Assembly (NCBI GenBank): GCA_943370595.1
Contig: CALRRO020000007.1
Span: 38,389 to 102,388 of the forward strand
Length of the DNA stretch: 64,000 nt
Origin: Chitinophaga pinensis
GTDB taxonomy: Bacteria > Pseudomonadota > Gammaproteobacteria > Burkholderiales > Burkholderiaceae_C
Reading direction: 5' to 3'
Of this stretch, positions 1 to 9,272 are shown in pieces. Made by a program: the position numbers and the translations under genes. The notes under the pieces are model-generated. The model was not told the DNA's origin, ran no database searches, and worked only from the letters and a program-made list of their open reading frames with translations. Position 1 is the first letter of the stretch. Every line of letters starts with the position of its first letter.

Positions 1-35
1 CACGCGCCGGCGCCACTGCATGCGCCGCACCCACG

Positions 36-506
36 ATGCTCACCTCGCTCCCGCTCCTCGTCTGTCTCGGCGCCGGCCTGGTCGGCGGCGTGTTCTTCGC
101 CTTCTCCAGCTTCGTGATGAAGGCACTCGGCGAGATGCCGGCCGAACAGGGCGTGGCCGCGATGCAGCGCATCAACGTGGTCGTGCTCAACCCGTACTTC
201 CTCGGCGTCTTCGTCGGCACCGCCGTGCTCGCCCTGGTCTGCATCATGGCCGGCTTCTTCCCCTGGGGCACGACGCGCTCGGCCCTGCTGCTCGGCGCGG
301 GCATCAGCTACCTGGTGGGCTCGTTCGGGGTCACGGCAGCGTTCAACGTGCCGCGCAACGAACGGCTGGCGCAGCTGGAGCCGGACAGCGCACCCGCGCG
401 TGACTACTGGCCGGTGTACCGGCACGAGTGGCTGTTCTGGAACCACGTGCGCACCGCAGCCTCGCTCGCTTCGGCCACGCTCGCCGCGCTGGCGTTGCTG
501 TATTGA
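36..506 (+). CDS. DUF1772 / anthrone oxygenase family membrane protein
   Basis: GLVGGVFFAFSSFVM...MQRIN...NVPRN...W..WNHVRT pattern; 4 TM helices. Confidence 0.85.
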   Translation: MLTSLPLLVCLGAGLVGGVFFAFSSFVMKALGEMPAEQGVAAMQRINVVVLNPYFLGVFVGTAVLALVCIMAGFFPWGTTRSALLLGAGISYLVGSFGVTAAFNVPRNERLAQLEPDSAPARDYWPVYRHEWLFWNHVRTAASLASATLAALALLY

Positions 507-597
507 GGCGACTGCGCCTTCGATCGCACGAGCCGGGTTTCGGCTCGCGACCTTGAGCTGTCGTTCTACGTCTGCTTTACGTGCTGAGTTTGGTGCG

Positions 598-696
598 GCA
601 AAGGCGCGTGCGGGCAGGCTGGCGCGCGCCTGCCGCAAGCCCTGCGCTGCTCAGCGCCGAACAGGCGCGCACCAGCCTGCCCGCACGCGCCTTTGC
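598..696. repeat. Long inverted repeat (35-bp arms, 1 mismatch)
   Basis: 598-632 gcaaaggcgcgtgcgggcaggctggcgcgcgcctg pairs with 662-696 caggcgcgcaccagcctgcccgcacgcgcctttgc. Confidence 0.9.
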
Positions 697-741
697 TGAA
701 CCGTGGCGGCACGCCGGTGGAGAAGCACCAGTGGTGGACTT

Positions 742-973
742 CGCGGCAGGCGCTGCTCGCTGGGGGCGATTTGGGCGGCGACGAGAAGCGCAGCGCCAGG
801 GGGCAGCGCGTCAGCGCGCTTCGTAGACTGACTTGCCGCCGGCTGTCTGAACGGAGTGAGCGCAGCGAACGCAGTGAGTTGGGCGGCTGCCCCCTGGCGC
901 GAGCATCGCAGTGCAGTCGGCCTGTAAGGCCGACCGGCGCCGCATGAGCCCCCAGCGGGCAGCGCCTGCCGCG
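742..973. repeat. Nested palindromic intergenic element (MITE/REP-like or structured RNA)
   Basis: Outer arms 742-767 and 948-973 (26 bp, 1 mismatch); inner arms 793-807 and 886-900 (15 bp perfect); small hairpin gtcggcctgtaaggccgac. Confidence 0.8.
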
Positions 974-1118
974 ACGCTCAATGCAGGCGCGAAAGCAGAC
1001 CCACGCGAACGGCAGCAAAGGGCCGGAGGCAGACAGACCGCTTCCATGCGGTTCGAGGCAAAGCGATGTGAGAAGGCAGCGCGGGCCGGTCGAAGCCGGC
1101 GTGCCGCTACAGTTGTGC

Positions 1119-1397
1119 ATGGCCAGAACCGCACTCGTCTCTGCCGTGGTTGGCGCTGCCGTCACCGCCGCGGCGTTCGTCTCGAACCCATCGCCGGAAC
1201 AGCACCGCAGCAAGATCAAGGAGGCCATCGCCGAGCGCAGCCCGCTCGCCGGGGTCCTGGGCATCGGTGCGCTGACCGCCTTCACCTCGGCCTACCACCC
1301 GCTCGGCGTGGCCTCGTACACCACCGTCAACGAGCGTGTGGTCTCGATCGGCGCCCTGGGGCTGGTCTACGTGCGCCAACCTTCGACGGAGAAGTGA
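1119..1397 (+). CDS. Small exported protein, DUF4359-like
   Basis: N-terminal hydrophobic helix, then SNPSPEQH...LGVASYT...SIGALG; internal ATG at 1119 chosen. Confidence 0.6.
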   Translation: MARTALVSAVVGAAVTAAAFVSNPSPEQHRSKIKEAIAERSPLAGVLGIGALTAFTSAYHPLGVASYTTVNERVVSIGALGLVYVRQPSTEK

Positions 1398-1402
1398 CGC
1401 TG

Positions 1403-2389
1403 ATGAGGATCCTCGTCACCGGCAGCGCAGGGCATCTTGGCGAGGCGCTGGTCCGGCAGCTGCGCCTGACATCTCACGAGGTCGTCGGCATCGACGTGCT
1501 GCCCAGCGCATTCACCGCACTGGTCGGGTCGATCTTCGATCGAGCGTTCGTGCGCCACTGCATGCACGGCGTCGACGCAGTGCTGCACGCCGCCACCCTG
1601 CACAAGCCGCACGTGGCCACGCACAGCCGGCAGGATTTCATCGACACCAACATCACCGGCACGCTCAACCTGCTCGAGGAAGCCGCCGCCGCCGGGGTCG
1701 GCGCCTTCGTCTTCACCAGCACCACCAGCGCCTTCGGCGATGCGCTGACAGCGCCGGCCGATGCGCCTGCCACCTGGATCACCGAGGCGGTGGTGCCGCG
1801 CCCGAAGAACATCTACGGCGCGACCAAGACCGCGGCGGAAGATCTCTGCCAGCTGTTCGCCCGCAACCACGGCCTGCCCTGCGTGGTGCTGCGCACCTCG
1901 CGCTTCTTCCCCGAGCAGGACGACGACCCGCAGGCCCGCGCCGCGCTGGGTGATGCCAACCTCAAGGCCAACGAATTCCTGCACCGCCGCGTCGACGTCG
2001 CCGACGTGGTCTCCGCGCATCTGCTGGCCCTGGAGATGGCGCCGCAGCTGCGCTTCGACAAGTTCATCATCAGCGCCACGACCCCCTTCACGCCCGACGA
2101 TCTGCCCGCGCTGCGCCGCGATGCCGCGGCGGTCATCGCGCGCTGCGTGCCCGGCTTCGCGGCGGTGTACGCGGCGCGCGGCTGGGTGGCGCCGACGTCC
2201 ATCGACCGTGTCTACGTGAACGAGCGTGCGCGCCGCGTGCTGGGCTGGGCGCCGGTGCACGACTTCGGCGGGCTCGTGCGCCAGCTCGAACGCGGAGAAG
2301 ATCCACGCAGCGAGCTCGCGCGCGCCATCGGCGCCAAGGGCTACCACCGCGGTCGGCCGTTCTCGACCGACCCTGATCTCGTCGGCTAG
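1403..2389 (+). CDS. NAD-dependent epimerase/dehydratase (extended SDR)
   Basis: TGSAGHLG Rossmann motif, HAATLH, YGATK (YxxxK). Confidence 0.9.
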   Translation: MRILVTGSAGHLGEALVRQLRLTSHEVVGIDVLPSAFTALVGSIFDRAFVRHCMHGVDAVLHAATLHKPHVATHSRQDFIDTNITGTLNLLEEAAAAGVGAFVFTSTTSAFGDALTAPADAPATWITEAVVPRPKNIYGATKTAAEDLCQLFARNHGLPCVVLRTSRFFPEQDDDPQARAALGDANLKANEFLHRRVDVADVVSAHLLALEMAPQLRFDKFIISATTPFTPDDLPALRRDAAAVIARCVPGFAAVYAARGWVAPTSIDRVYVNERARRVLGWAPVHDFGGLVRQLERGEDPRSELARAIGAKGYHRGRPFSTDPDLVG

Positions 2390-2437
2390 ACACACCCGCG
2401 GCCGCGCGCGGCCGCCAATCCCCACCAGAGGCAAACC

Positions 2438-3055
2438 TTGCATCCACTTCGAAGCGCCGTCCCGTTCGCATTCATCGCCGCGCTGGCCGCCTGCGCCGGC
2501 GGCCCCACACCGCCGGGCAGCGCGAAGCCCGCGCCCACTGCGGGCGGCAGCCCGGCCTACCTGTCGGCGCCCACCGGCTGCGCCGTGCTCGCCGGCGGCA
2601 GCATCGGCAGCCAGTTTTCCGACGGTCAGGTCACGGCCACCTGGGACAAGATCAACGCGGCGATCACCACCGAACTGCACGACCGCCTGATCGAGCAGCG
2701 CTACAAGGTGGTCAAGACGCTGGTGCCGACGGTGCGCAACGGCAAGGTCGAGGACCTGGTCATGGCCAGCCTGGCCGAGAACCGCTGCAACCGCCTGCTG
2801 CAGGTCTCGCACCAGGTCAACGAGGACGCGTCGGGCCGCTACTTCCGCTTCGACGTGACGCTGCTGCGCGTGGTGCCCCAGCAAGACGCCGCGGCCACCG
2901 CCGGCAACCTCACCGTGCGCACGATCGGCGAGTACCGGCGCGAGTACCGCTACGCGCGCACGCAGCAGAACCTCGACAACTTCTACACCGGCACCTTCGC
3001 GGAGACGGTGCTGGCCGACCTCGCGCGCAGCGGCACGCTGGCGCCGCTTCGCTAG
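2438..3055 (+). CDS. Hypothetical lipoprotein
   Basis: Lipobox LAAC; host-like codon usage. Confidence 0.7.
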   Translation: MHPLRSAVPFAFIAALAACAGGPTPPGSAKPAPTAGGSPAYLSAPTGCAVLAGGSIGSQFSDGQVTATWDKINAAITTELHDRLIEQRYKVVKTLVPTVRNGKVEDLVMASLAENRCNRLLQVSHQVNEDASGRYFRFDVTLLRVVPQQDAAATAGNLTVRTIGEYRREYRYARTQQNLDNFYTGTFAETVLADLARSGTLAPLR

Positions 3056-3068
3056 CCGGAGCGGCACG

Positions 3069-3542
3069 GTGACCGACCACCCTCCGCCCGTGCACATCGG
3101 CCTGGAGTCGCCGGACCAGCCCGAGGTGCTGCGCCTGATCGACGAGCTCGACGCTTACCAGAAGCCGCTCTACCCGGCCGAGAGCCACCACGGCATCGAC
3201 CTGGCCGCGCTGCTGCAGCCGCACGTGCTGTTCGCCGTGGCGCGCGACGGCACGGGCCGCGCCGTCGGCTGTGGCGCCATCGTGATCGAGGCCGGCCTGG
3301 GCGAGCTCAAGCGCATGTACACGCTGCCCGCGCACCGCGGCCAGGGCATCGCCCGCGCGCTGCTCGGCGTCCTCGAGGCGCAGGCCCGGGCCCGCGGCTG
3401 CACACGCTTCGCCCTCGAGACCGGCTGCCTGCAGCCCGAGGCGATCGCCCTCTACGCCCGCTGCGGCTACCGGCACTGCGGGCCGTTCGCCAGCTATGTG
3501 GAGGACCCGAACAGCGTGTTCATGTGCAAGGACATGGCCTGA
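3069..3542 (+). CDS. GNAT family N-acetyltransferase
   Basis: ELKRMY, HRGQGIA acetyl-CoA motif, LETG..Q.EAI.LY. Confidence 0.9.
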   Translation: MTDHPPPVHIGLESPDQPEVLRLIDELDAYQKPLYPAESHHGIDLAALLQPHVLFAVARDGTGRAVGCGAIVIEAGLGELKRMYTLPAHRGQGIARALLGVLEAQARARGCTRFALETGCLQPEAIALYARCGYRHCGPFASYVEDPNSVFMCKDMA

Positions 3543-3652
3543 GCCCCGGGCCGCTGGGCTATGCTGCAGACAACACACCCTGAGCTCGAGTTCAACCGTA
3601 GTTCGCTACGCGCCATCCCGGCAGTTGCCCGCAGCAGGACTGAAAGACTCCC

Positions 3653-3940
3653 ATGTGGTTCCTCGTCCAGGTCGTCAAGGGCAGCAAGCACTTCGAGCCC
3701 GACTCGCAACTCGGCAACCGGGTGCTGATCTCCGACACCACCGACATGGTGATCTCGGGCCGCTCCATGGGCGCCGACAACTTCCGCTTCGAGGCCCGCA
3801 AGGGCAACGAGAGCTTCGTCGTGCAGGACTTCATCGGCGCGCAGCCACCGGGCATGCTCTCCGAACGCTTCACGGCGCTGGCCGAGAAGATGGGCGCACT
3901 GACCGTGGCCTCAGCGGTGCCCGCAGCGCGCAGCGCCTGA
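3653..3940 (+). CDS. Hypothetical protein
   Basis: 95-aa ORF with host-like codon usage; no family recognised. Confidence 0.6.
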   Translation: MWFLVQVVKGSKHFEPDSQLGNRVLISDTTDMVISGRSMGADNFRFEARKGNESFVVQDFIGAQPPGMLSERFTALAEKMGALTVASAVPAARSA

Positions 3941-3953
3941 CGGCGCGGCGGGC

Positions 3954-4136
3954 TCAGCGCTTCGCGGCGCGCTTCTTCGCGGGCTGCGTGGCCTCGGTGG
4001 GCCAGCCGTGGGCGGCAATGAGCACCGTACGGATCCTGTTCTTCGGGGTCTTCGCCGATGCATCGGCCTGGAGCGGTGCAGCCGGCTTGTTCGCTGCGAG
4101 CGGGTTCTTCGGCAGGGCGGGCGTGGCGATGGGCAA
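3954..4136 (-). CDS. Small basic Ala/Lys/Pro-rich protein
   Basis: Low-complexity basic ORF ending PAKKRAAKR; fills gap between plus-strand genes; TTG start uncertain. Confidence 0.4.
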   Translation of the reverse strand: MPIATPALPKNPLAANKPAAPLQADASAKTPKNRIRTVLIAAHGWPTEATQPAKKRAAKR

Positions 4137-4287
4137 GTTCAGGTCCAAGGTGCGGTGCAAAGGCGTCCGGAAGGCCGCGATTGTAGGGGTGCCATCACAC
4201 GGGCCCGGCAGAGCGACTTGATGCGCCGCAGGATGCTCGTGCACACTGCGGCCCCGCCCGGACTCGCGCACCCGCAGCCGCCCTCTC

Positions 4288-4824
4288 ATGCGCATGAACA
4301 CGCTGACCACCGGCACGCTGCGGCTGGAACCGCAGACCGCCGCCCATGCCGACGAGATGTTCGTCGTGCTCGGCGATCCGGCGATCTACGAGTACGAGAA
4401 CGAACCGCCGCAGTCCCGGGCCGGCCTGCGCGAACGTTTCACCGAGCTGGAGTTGCGGCGCTCGCCCAACGGGCGCGAGCAGTGGCTCAACTGGGTGATC
4501 CGCCTGCCCGACGCGCGCCTGGCCGGCTACCTGCAGGCGACGGTGCACCCCGACCGACGCGCCAGCATCGCCTACGAGCTGAACAGCGCGCATTGGGGCC
4601 GCGGGCTCGGCAGCCAGGCCGTCGAGGCGATGATCGGCGAGCTCGCCCGGCAGTACGGGGTTCGCCGCGTGACGGCGGTGCTCAAGCAGGTCAACCGGCG
4701 TTCGTTCAGGCTGCTGCAGCGCCTGGGCTTCACGCTGGCCAGCGGCGAGTTGCTCGCGCAGGCCGACATAGAGCGGGACGAGTTCTTCATGGTCCGTGAC
4801 CTGCCCGAGGTAACGCCGGGCTGA
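4288..4824 (+). CDS. GNAT acetyltransferase, RimJ/RimL-like
   Basis: LRLEP, IAYEL...HWGRGLG, N.RS.RLL.RLGF. Confidence 0.9.
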   Translation: MRMNTLTTGTLRLEPQTAAHADEMFVVLGDPAIYEYENEPPQSRAGLRERFTELELRRSPNGREQWLNWVIRLPDARLAGYLQATVHPDRRASIAYELNSAHWGRGLGSQAVEAMIGELARQYGVRRVTAVLKQVNRRSFRLLQRLGFTLASGELLAQADIERDEFFMVRDLPEVTPG

Positions 4825-4878
4825 CCACCCCGCCGGCCGCGCTAAGCTCGCGCCTCCGCCGTTGCCCGGAGTGCCCCC

Positions 4879-5130
4879 ATGGCCCAGCAAGAACTTCGCA
4901 TCGTCCTGTCGTTCTCCCCCGAAGACCAGACCTGGTTGCGCGTCTCGTCGATCAGCGTGCCGCGCTTCTTCGACCAGCACGGCGTCGCCCCGGCCACCGG
5001 CGACGCCCTGCGCATCGGCGGCCGCCAGTTCATCGTGCAGGCCCGCATCTGGGAGCACGACGGCCTGCAGCCGACGCTGCGCCTGCTGCTCAGCAGCGGT
5101 CACGCCGAGAGCGACACGGTGTTCGGCTGA
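4879..5130 (+). CDS. Hypothetical protein
   Basis: 83-aa ORF, good codon usage. Confidence 0.6.
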   Translation: MAQQELRIVLSFSPEDQTWLRVSSISVPRFFDQHGVAPATGDALRIGGRQFIVQARIWEHDGLQPTLRLLLSSGHAESDTVFG

Positions 5131-5162
5131 GCCGTCGCGCCGCAACTTCCGCAGGCTGCACC

Positions 5163-5534
5163 ATGAACCTCAACACCGCCCGCATCTTCGTTCGCGACAT
5201 CGCCCAGGCGCGCGCCTTCTATGGCGGCACGCTCGGGCTGCGCATCCGCGCCGGCAGTGTCGGCGACGGCTTCTGCGTGTTCGACGCCGGCAACTGCGAG
5301 CTGGTCGTCGAGACAGTGGCGGCCGACGCGCCGGCGCAGGACCAGGCGCTGGTCGGCCGCTTCACTGGTCTGTCGTTCCTCGTGCCCAGCGTGCACGTGA
5401 CACACCAGGACCTGGTCGGCAAGGGCGTGCGCTTCACCGGGGCGCCCGAGCGCCAGTTCTGGGGCGGCACGCTCGCCACCTTCAGCGACCCGGATGGCAA
5501 CGAATTGCAGATCGTTCACCGCGACCCGGCCTGA
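5163..5534 (+). CDS. VOC/glyoxalase family protein
   Basis: ARIFVRDI..ARAFY...LGL; WGG..ATFSDPDGNELQI. Confidence 0.9.
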   Translation: MNLNTARIFVRDIAQARAFYGGTLGLRIRAGSVGDGFCVFDAGNCELVVETVAADAPAQDQALVGRFTGLSFLVPSVHVTHQDLVGKGVRFTGAPERQFWGGTLATFSDPDGNELQIVHRDPA

Positions 5535-5597
5535 GCACGCCGGATGGCTCGCGCACCTGTGCGCGGGAGGCTGCACGCACGACAAGGAGCTTCCACG

Positions 5598-5984
5598 ATG
5601 AACCCACCGAGCGAGTTCCTGCTGCTGTCCCGCGGCCAGTGGGATGCCGACAAACCCGCCGAGCAGATCCAGCAGGCGATCGACGACTTCTACGCCTGGT
5701 ACGAACGGCGCGTGGCCGACGGCAGCTTCAAGCCGGGACGGCGCCTGGACACCGCCGGCAAGCGGGTCACGCGCGAGGGCATCGTCGACGGCCCGTTCAG
5801 CGAGGCCAAGGAGGTCATCGGCGGCTACTGGTTCATCGTTGCCGGCAGCCTGGCGGAGGCGGCTGCCATCGCCGCACAGAACCCCTGCCTGGCCTGCGGC
5901 CTGAGCTACGAGATCCGCCCGATCGAGACGCGGCGCGCCAGCGCCTACGTGGCCAGCAACGAGACGCCCTGCAGCTCGAAATGA
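5598..5984 (+). CDS. YciI/DGPF family protein
   Basis: DGPFSEAKEVIGGYW motif. Confidence 0.9.
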   Translation: MNPPSEFLLLSRGQWDADKPAEQIQQAIDDFYAWYERRVADGSFKPGRRLDTAGKRVTREGIVDGPFSEAKEVIGGYWFIVAGSLAEAAAIAAQNPCLACGLSYEIRPIETRRASAYVASNETPCSSK

Positions 5985-6084
5985 AGCCCGCGTCGGCCGG
6001 CCGGCACGCGCAGCGCTTGCCAAGGCCGCCAAGCTGGGCGAAGCTCAGGCCCGGCACCCACCACAACAACCTCCAGGAGACCCG

Positions 6085-6429
6085 ATGAGAGCCCTCGCCA
6101 AGCTGGTTCCGCTGATGCTCGCCGCAGCCGCCTCGGCCGCCGCCCAGGCCGCCGATGTCAACGTGCTGACGGCCTGGTACGGCCAGTCCTGCGGGGCGGC
6201 GCACGGCAATGTCACCGCGCACGTCAAGTCGCGCTGCGACGGCCGCCCGACCTGCCAGTACGGCGTCGACGCCGGCGCGCTCGGTGACCCGGCGCCCGGC
6301 TGCCCGAAGAACATGGTGGTGGTGTTCGCCTGCACCAACCAGCCCAGCGTGCGGCTCAGCCAGATCGTCGGCGAGGCCAACGGCAAGACGCTGGTGCTGT
6401 CCTGCGTCGCGGGTCAGGCGCAGCAGTAG
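6085..6429 (+). CDS. Secreted SUEL/rhamnose-binding-lectin-like protein
   Basis: Signal peptide; AWYG.SC...V...C.G...C.Y...LGDPAPGCPK...V.F.C; 6 Cys. Confidence 0.65.
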   Translation: MRALAKLVPLMLAAAASAAAQAADVNVLTAWYGQSCGAAHGNVTAHVKSRCDGRPTCQYGVDAGALGDPAPGCPKNMVVVFACTNQPSVRLSQIVGEANGKTLVLSCVAGQAQQ

Positions 6430-6857
6430 TGCGGGGGGTTTCTCTCTTCCTCGCGCTGTTCGCGGTCGCGGCCGGTCATGCCGGGGCGCAGACGATGTAC
6501 CGCTGCGGCAACACCTACAGCCAGACGCCCTGCGCGCCCGATGCCGTGCCCAAGCGCAGCCTGTCGGACGCACCGGCCGAGAAGTCGGGCAGCGGCGCAC
6601 AGGGCTACGAGCTGTGCGCGAGCCACGCTCCGACCTCGGTCGACACGCCGGAGCCGCAGAGCGCCCGCGTGCAGCAGGTCGGCCTGCGCCGGGCCGAGGT
6701 GATCCAGTACGCCGACAAGCCGGTGGCCGCGCACCGCTACGACCTCACGGTGGATGCGAAGACGGTGTACGGCGTCTACTCGGGCCCGCAGCCCTACTCC
6801 TGCTGGCTCAGCGAAGACCAGCGGCGGGTGCTGCAGTTCGCGCCACGGCGCCGCTGA
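6429..6857 (+). CDS. Exported protein with DUF4124-like N-terminus
   Basis: Signal peptide then QTMYRCGNTYSQTPC. Confidence 0.7.
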   Translation: MRGVSLFLALFAVAAGHAGAQTMYRCGNTYSQTPCAPDAVPKRSLSDAPAEKSGSGAQGYELCASHAPTSVDTPEPQSARVQQVGLRRAEVIQYADKPVAAHRYDLTVDAKTVYGVYSGPQPYSCWLSEDQRRVLQFAPRRR

Positions 6858-6933
6858 ACGCGCCGACCGACGCATGCCGGTGACAGCCGCTCGCACCCGC
6901 CCCCGTGCCGCCGCCGGGCGCGCCGCCGGCACC

Positions 6934-7329
6934 ATGCTGGCTGTCGGCCTGCTCGGCGGCTGCACCACGGCGCCGGTCGAGGACGCGGCGCTGCACCGCG
7001 CGCTGCATGGCACCTGGTGCAACTCGAACGACGGCGGCCGCAGTTGCTGGGCCTGGGACGAGTTCACCGCCGACGGACGCTTCAGCGCCTGCGGCCGCAC
7101 CGACGACGACCCGCGACCCTTCGCCGGCAGCGGCCGCGTCACCGTCAGCGGCCAGCGCATGTGCTATGTGGTCGAGTCCGCCAGCGGCAGCTTCTGGCTG
7201 CAGCCCGGACAGCGCTACTGCACCGACATCGTCGCCATCGACGACGCCTCCCACCGGTATCGCGACATCGACAGCGGCGCGACCTTCACGCTGTACCGCC
7301 GCGACCGCGCCGAACGGCGCTGCCCCTGA
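6934..7329 (+). CDS. Hypothetical lipoprotein
   Basis: Lipobox LGGC; start could be 6874. Confidence 0.6.
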   Translation: MLAVGLLGGCTTAPVEDAALHRALHGTWCNSNDGGRSCWAWDEFTADGRFSACGRTDDDPRPFAGSGRVTVSGQRMCYVVESASGSFWLQPGQRYCTDIVAIDDASHRYRDIDSGATFTLYRRDRAERRCP

Positions 7330-7344
7330 ACGAGACAGCTGCCC

Positions 7345-7704
7345 ATGCCCGCCTTCATCGTCTTCGCTGGTGCGACGCCGGTCGGGTCGACCGCGCTGGA
7401 GCTCGGCGACCGTGCCGTCGGCGTGGCGGCCGGGCGCTTCGTGCCGGCGCCGGCCTACGCGGCGATCCAGGCCGAGGTGGTGGCGACGCAGCATGCCTCG
7501 CAGCTCGCGCTCGGCCTGCGCGTGACACGCGCCGATGGCCGCCTCGTGGCCGGCGACGGCAACGTGCAGATCGTGGACTACTCGGCCGAGCTCGGTGCCG
7601 ATGCGCTCGAGGTTCACGTCATCGGCATCGAGGCGGACGAGTTCGACGACTGGCCGGCCACGCAGGCCACCGCCTTCGCCCCCACCCAAGTCCTGGACGA
7701 CTGA
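7345..7704 (+). CDS. Hypothetical protein
   Basis: 119-aa ORF in plus-strand run; no family recognised. Confidence 0.55.
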   Translation: MPAFIVFAGATPVGSTALELGDRAVGVAAGRFVPAPAYAAIQAEVVATQHASQLALGLRVTRADGRLVAGDGNVQIVDYSAELGADALEVHVIGIEADEFDDWPATQATAFAPTQVLDD

Positions 7705-7727
7705 ATCGTCCACCCCCGGAGAAGCCC

Positions 7728-8033
7728 ATGCCCAAAGGCTACTGGATCGCCCGTGTCGACGTCACCGATCCCGAACAGTACAAGGCCTACGTGGCCGCCA
7801 ATGCCCAGCCGCTGGCGGCCTACGGCGGCCGCTTCCTCGTGCGTGGCGGCGCGTTCGAGAACCCGGAGGGCAGCGCGCGCAGCCGCAACGTGGTGATCGA
7901 GTTCCCCTCGCACCAGGCGGCGCTGGACTGCTGGAACTCGCCCGGCTACCAGGCCGCGGTCAAGCTGCGCAAGCCGGTGTCGACCGTCGACATGGTGATC
8001 GTCGAAGGCTACGACGGCCCGCAGCCCGGCTGA
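7728..8033 (+). CDS. DUF1330 family protein
   Basis: MPKGYWIA, YGGRFLVRGG, RNVVIEFPS. Confidence 0.9.
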   Translation: MPKGYWIARVDVTDPEQYKAYVAANAQPLAAYGGRFLVRGGAFENPEGSARSRNVVIEFPSHQAALDCWNSPGYQAAVKLRKPVSTVDMVIVEGYDGPQPG

Positions 8034-8081
8034 ATGAAGGCCGGGTGAAGCGCGGCCCGCGGCCCGCCGCGGCGGAGTACC

Positions 8082-8555
8082 ATGCCCCGCATGAACGGGC
8101 CCGCTAACACCAGCCATGAGCGCATGGCCGACCGTGAGCTGGTCACCTCGCGGGTGATCGCGGCGCCGCGCGCGCGGGTGTGGCAGGCCTTCGCCGACCC
8201 GGCGCTGCTGGCACGCTGGTGGGGGCCTGCCGGGTTCAGCAACAGCTTCGACACCTTCGAGCTGCGCACCGGCGGTTCATGGCACTTCGTGATGCACGGG
8301 CCCGACGGGGCGGACCACCCGAACCACTGTGTGTTCACCGAGGTGCTGGAGCAGCAGCGCATCGTCTTCGATCACCTCTCGGTGCCGCGCTTCGAGATGA
8401 CGCTGACCTTCACCGACCACGGCGATCGCACCGCGCTGGGCTGGCGGCAGCGCTTCGCGACGGCCGAGGACTGCCGCCGCCTCGCGCCGCTCGCGGTGCC
8501 GGCCAACGAGCAGAACCTCGATCGCCTGGCGGCGCTGCTGCACGCCACCGCCTGA
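8082..8555 (+). CDS. SRPBCC/AHSA1 (START-like) domain protein
   Basis: RVIAAPRARVWQAF.DP..LA.WWGP.GF. Confidence 0.9.
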   Translation: MPRMNGPANTSHERMADRELVTSRVIAAPRARVWQAFADPALLARWWGPAGFSNSFDTFELRTGGSWHFVMHGPDGADHPNHCVFTEVLEQQRIVFDHLSVPRFEMTLTFTDHGDRTALGWRQRFATAEDCRRLAPLAVPANEQNLDRLAALLHATA

Positions 8556-8594
8556 GCCCGCGCCGGGCCCGGGCCGGCCTCAGCGCAGGTCAGC

Positions 8595-9194
8595 TCAGGC
8601 CAGTTCCTTCTGCTTCTCGACGATGCGCGAGACGATGCCGTAGTCGACCGCCTCCTGCGCGCTCATCCAGAAATCGCGCTCCATGTCCTGCACCACCTTG
8701 TCGTAGGGCCGGCCGGTCTGCGCGGCGATGACACGGGCGATGCGCTCGCGCGTGCGCAGGATCTCCTTGGCCTGGATCGCGATGTCGGTGGCCTGGCCGC
8801 CGGCGCCGCCTGCAGGCTGGTGGATCATGAAGCGGGTGTTGGGCAGGCAGACGCGGCGCTCCTTGGGCGGCGCCAGGAAGATGTGCGCGCCGGCGCTGGC
8901 CACCCAGCCGCTGCCGACGGTGGTGACCGGGGCGCGCACGAAGCGGATCATGTCGTGGATCGCATCACCCGACTCGACGTGGCCGCCGGGCGAGGAGATC
9001 AGCATCGTGATCGGCGCGTCGGACTCCTCTGCCAGCGCCAGCAGGCGCCGGCAGGTGGCCAGCGCGAGCTTGTCGTCGATCTCGCCGAACACCAGCACGT
9101 AGCGCGACTTGAAGGCGAGTTGCTCTTCCAGGCGGCCGGCGGCGGCGGCTTCGGGCTTCTTCTGGTCGTCGTCGGCGGCGAGACGGTGGGTCAT
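8595..9194 (-). CDS. clpP: ATP-dependent Clp protease proteolytic subunit (ClpP paralog)
   Basis: SSPGGHVESG, VASAG (catalytic Ser), HQP (His), RDF (Asp). Confidence 0.92.
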   Translation of the reverse strand: MTHRLAADDDQKKPEAAAAGRLEEQLAFKSRYVLVFGEIDDKLALATCRRLLALAEESDAPITMLISSPGGHVESGDAIHDMIRFVRAPVTTVGSGWVASAGAHIFLAPPKERRVCLPNTRFMIHQPAGGAGGQATDIAIQAKEILRTRERIARVIAAQTGRPYDKVVQDMERDFWMSAQEAVDYGIVSRIVEKQKELA

Positions 9195-9272
9195 GGTGTG
9201 CTCCTGGGCAGGCAAGGGTTCGGGATGGGGTGATTCTGGCCCAGCCGGCGGACGCGCCGGCTGCAGGGGTGT

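Noticed and set aside
36-8555. Integron cassette array
   Set aside because: No integrase, and no attC-like RYYYAAC/GTTRRRY boundaries seen
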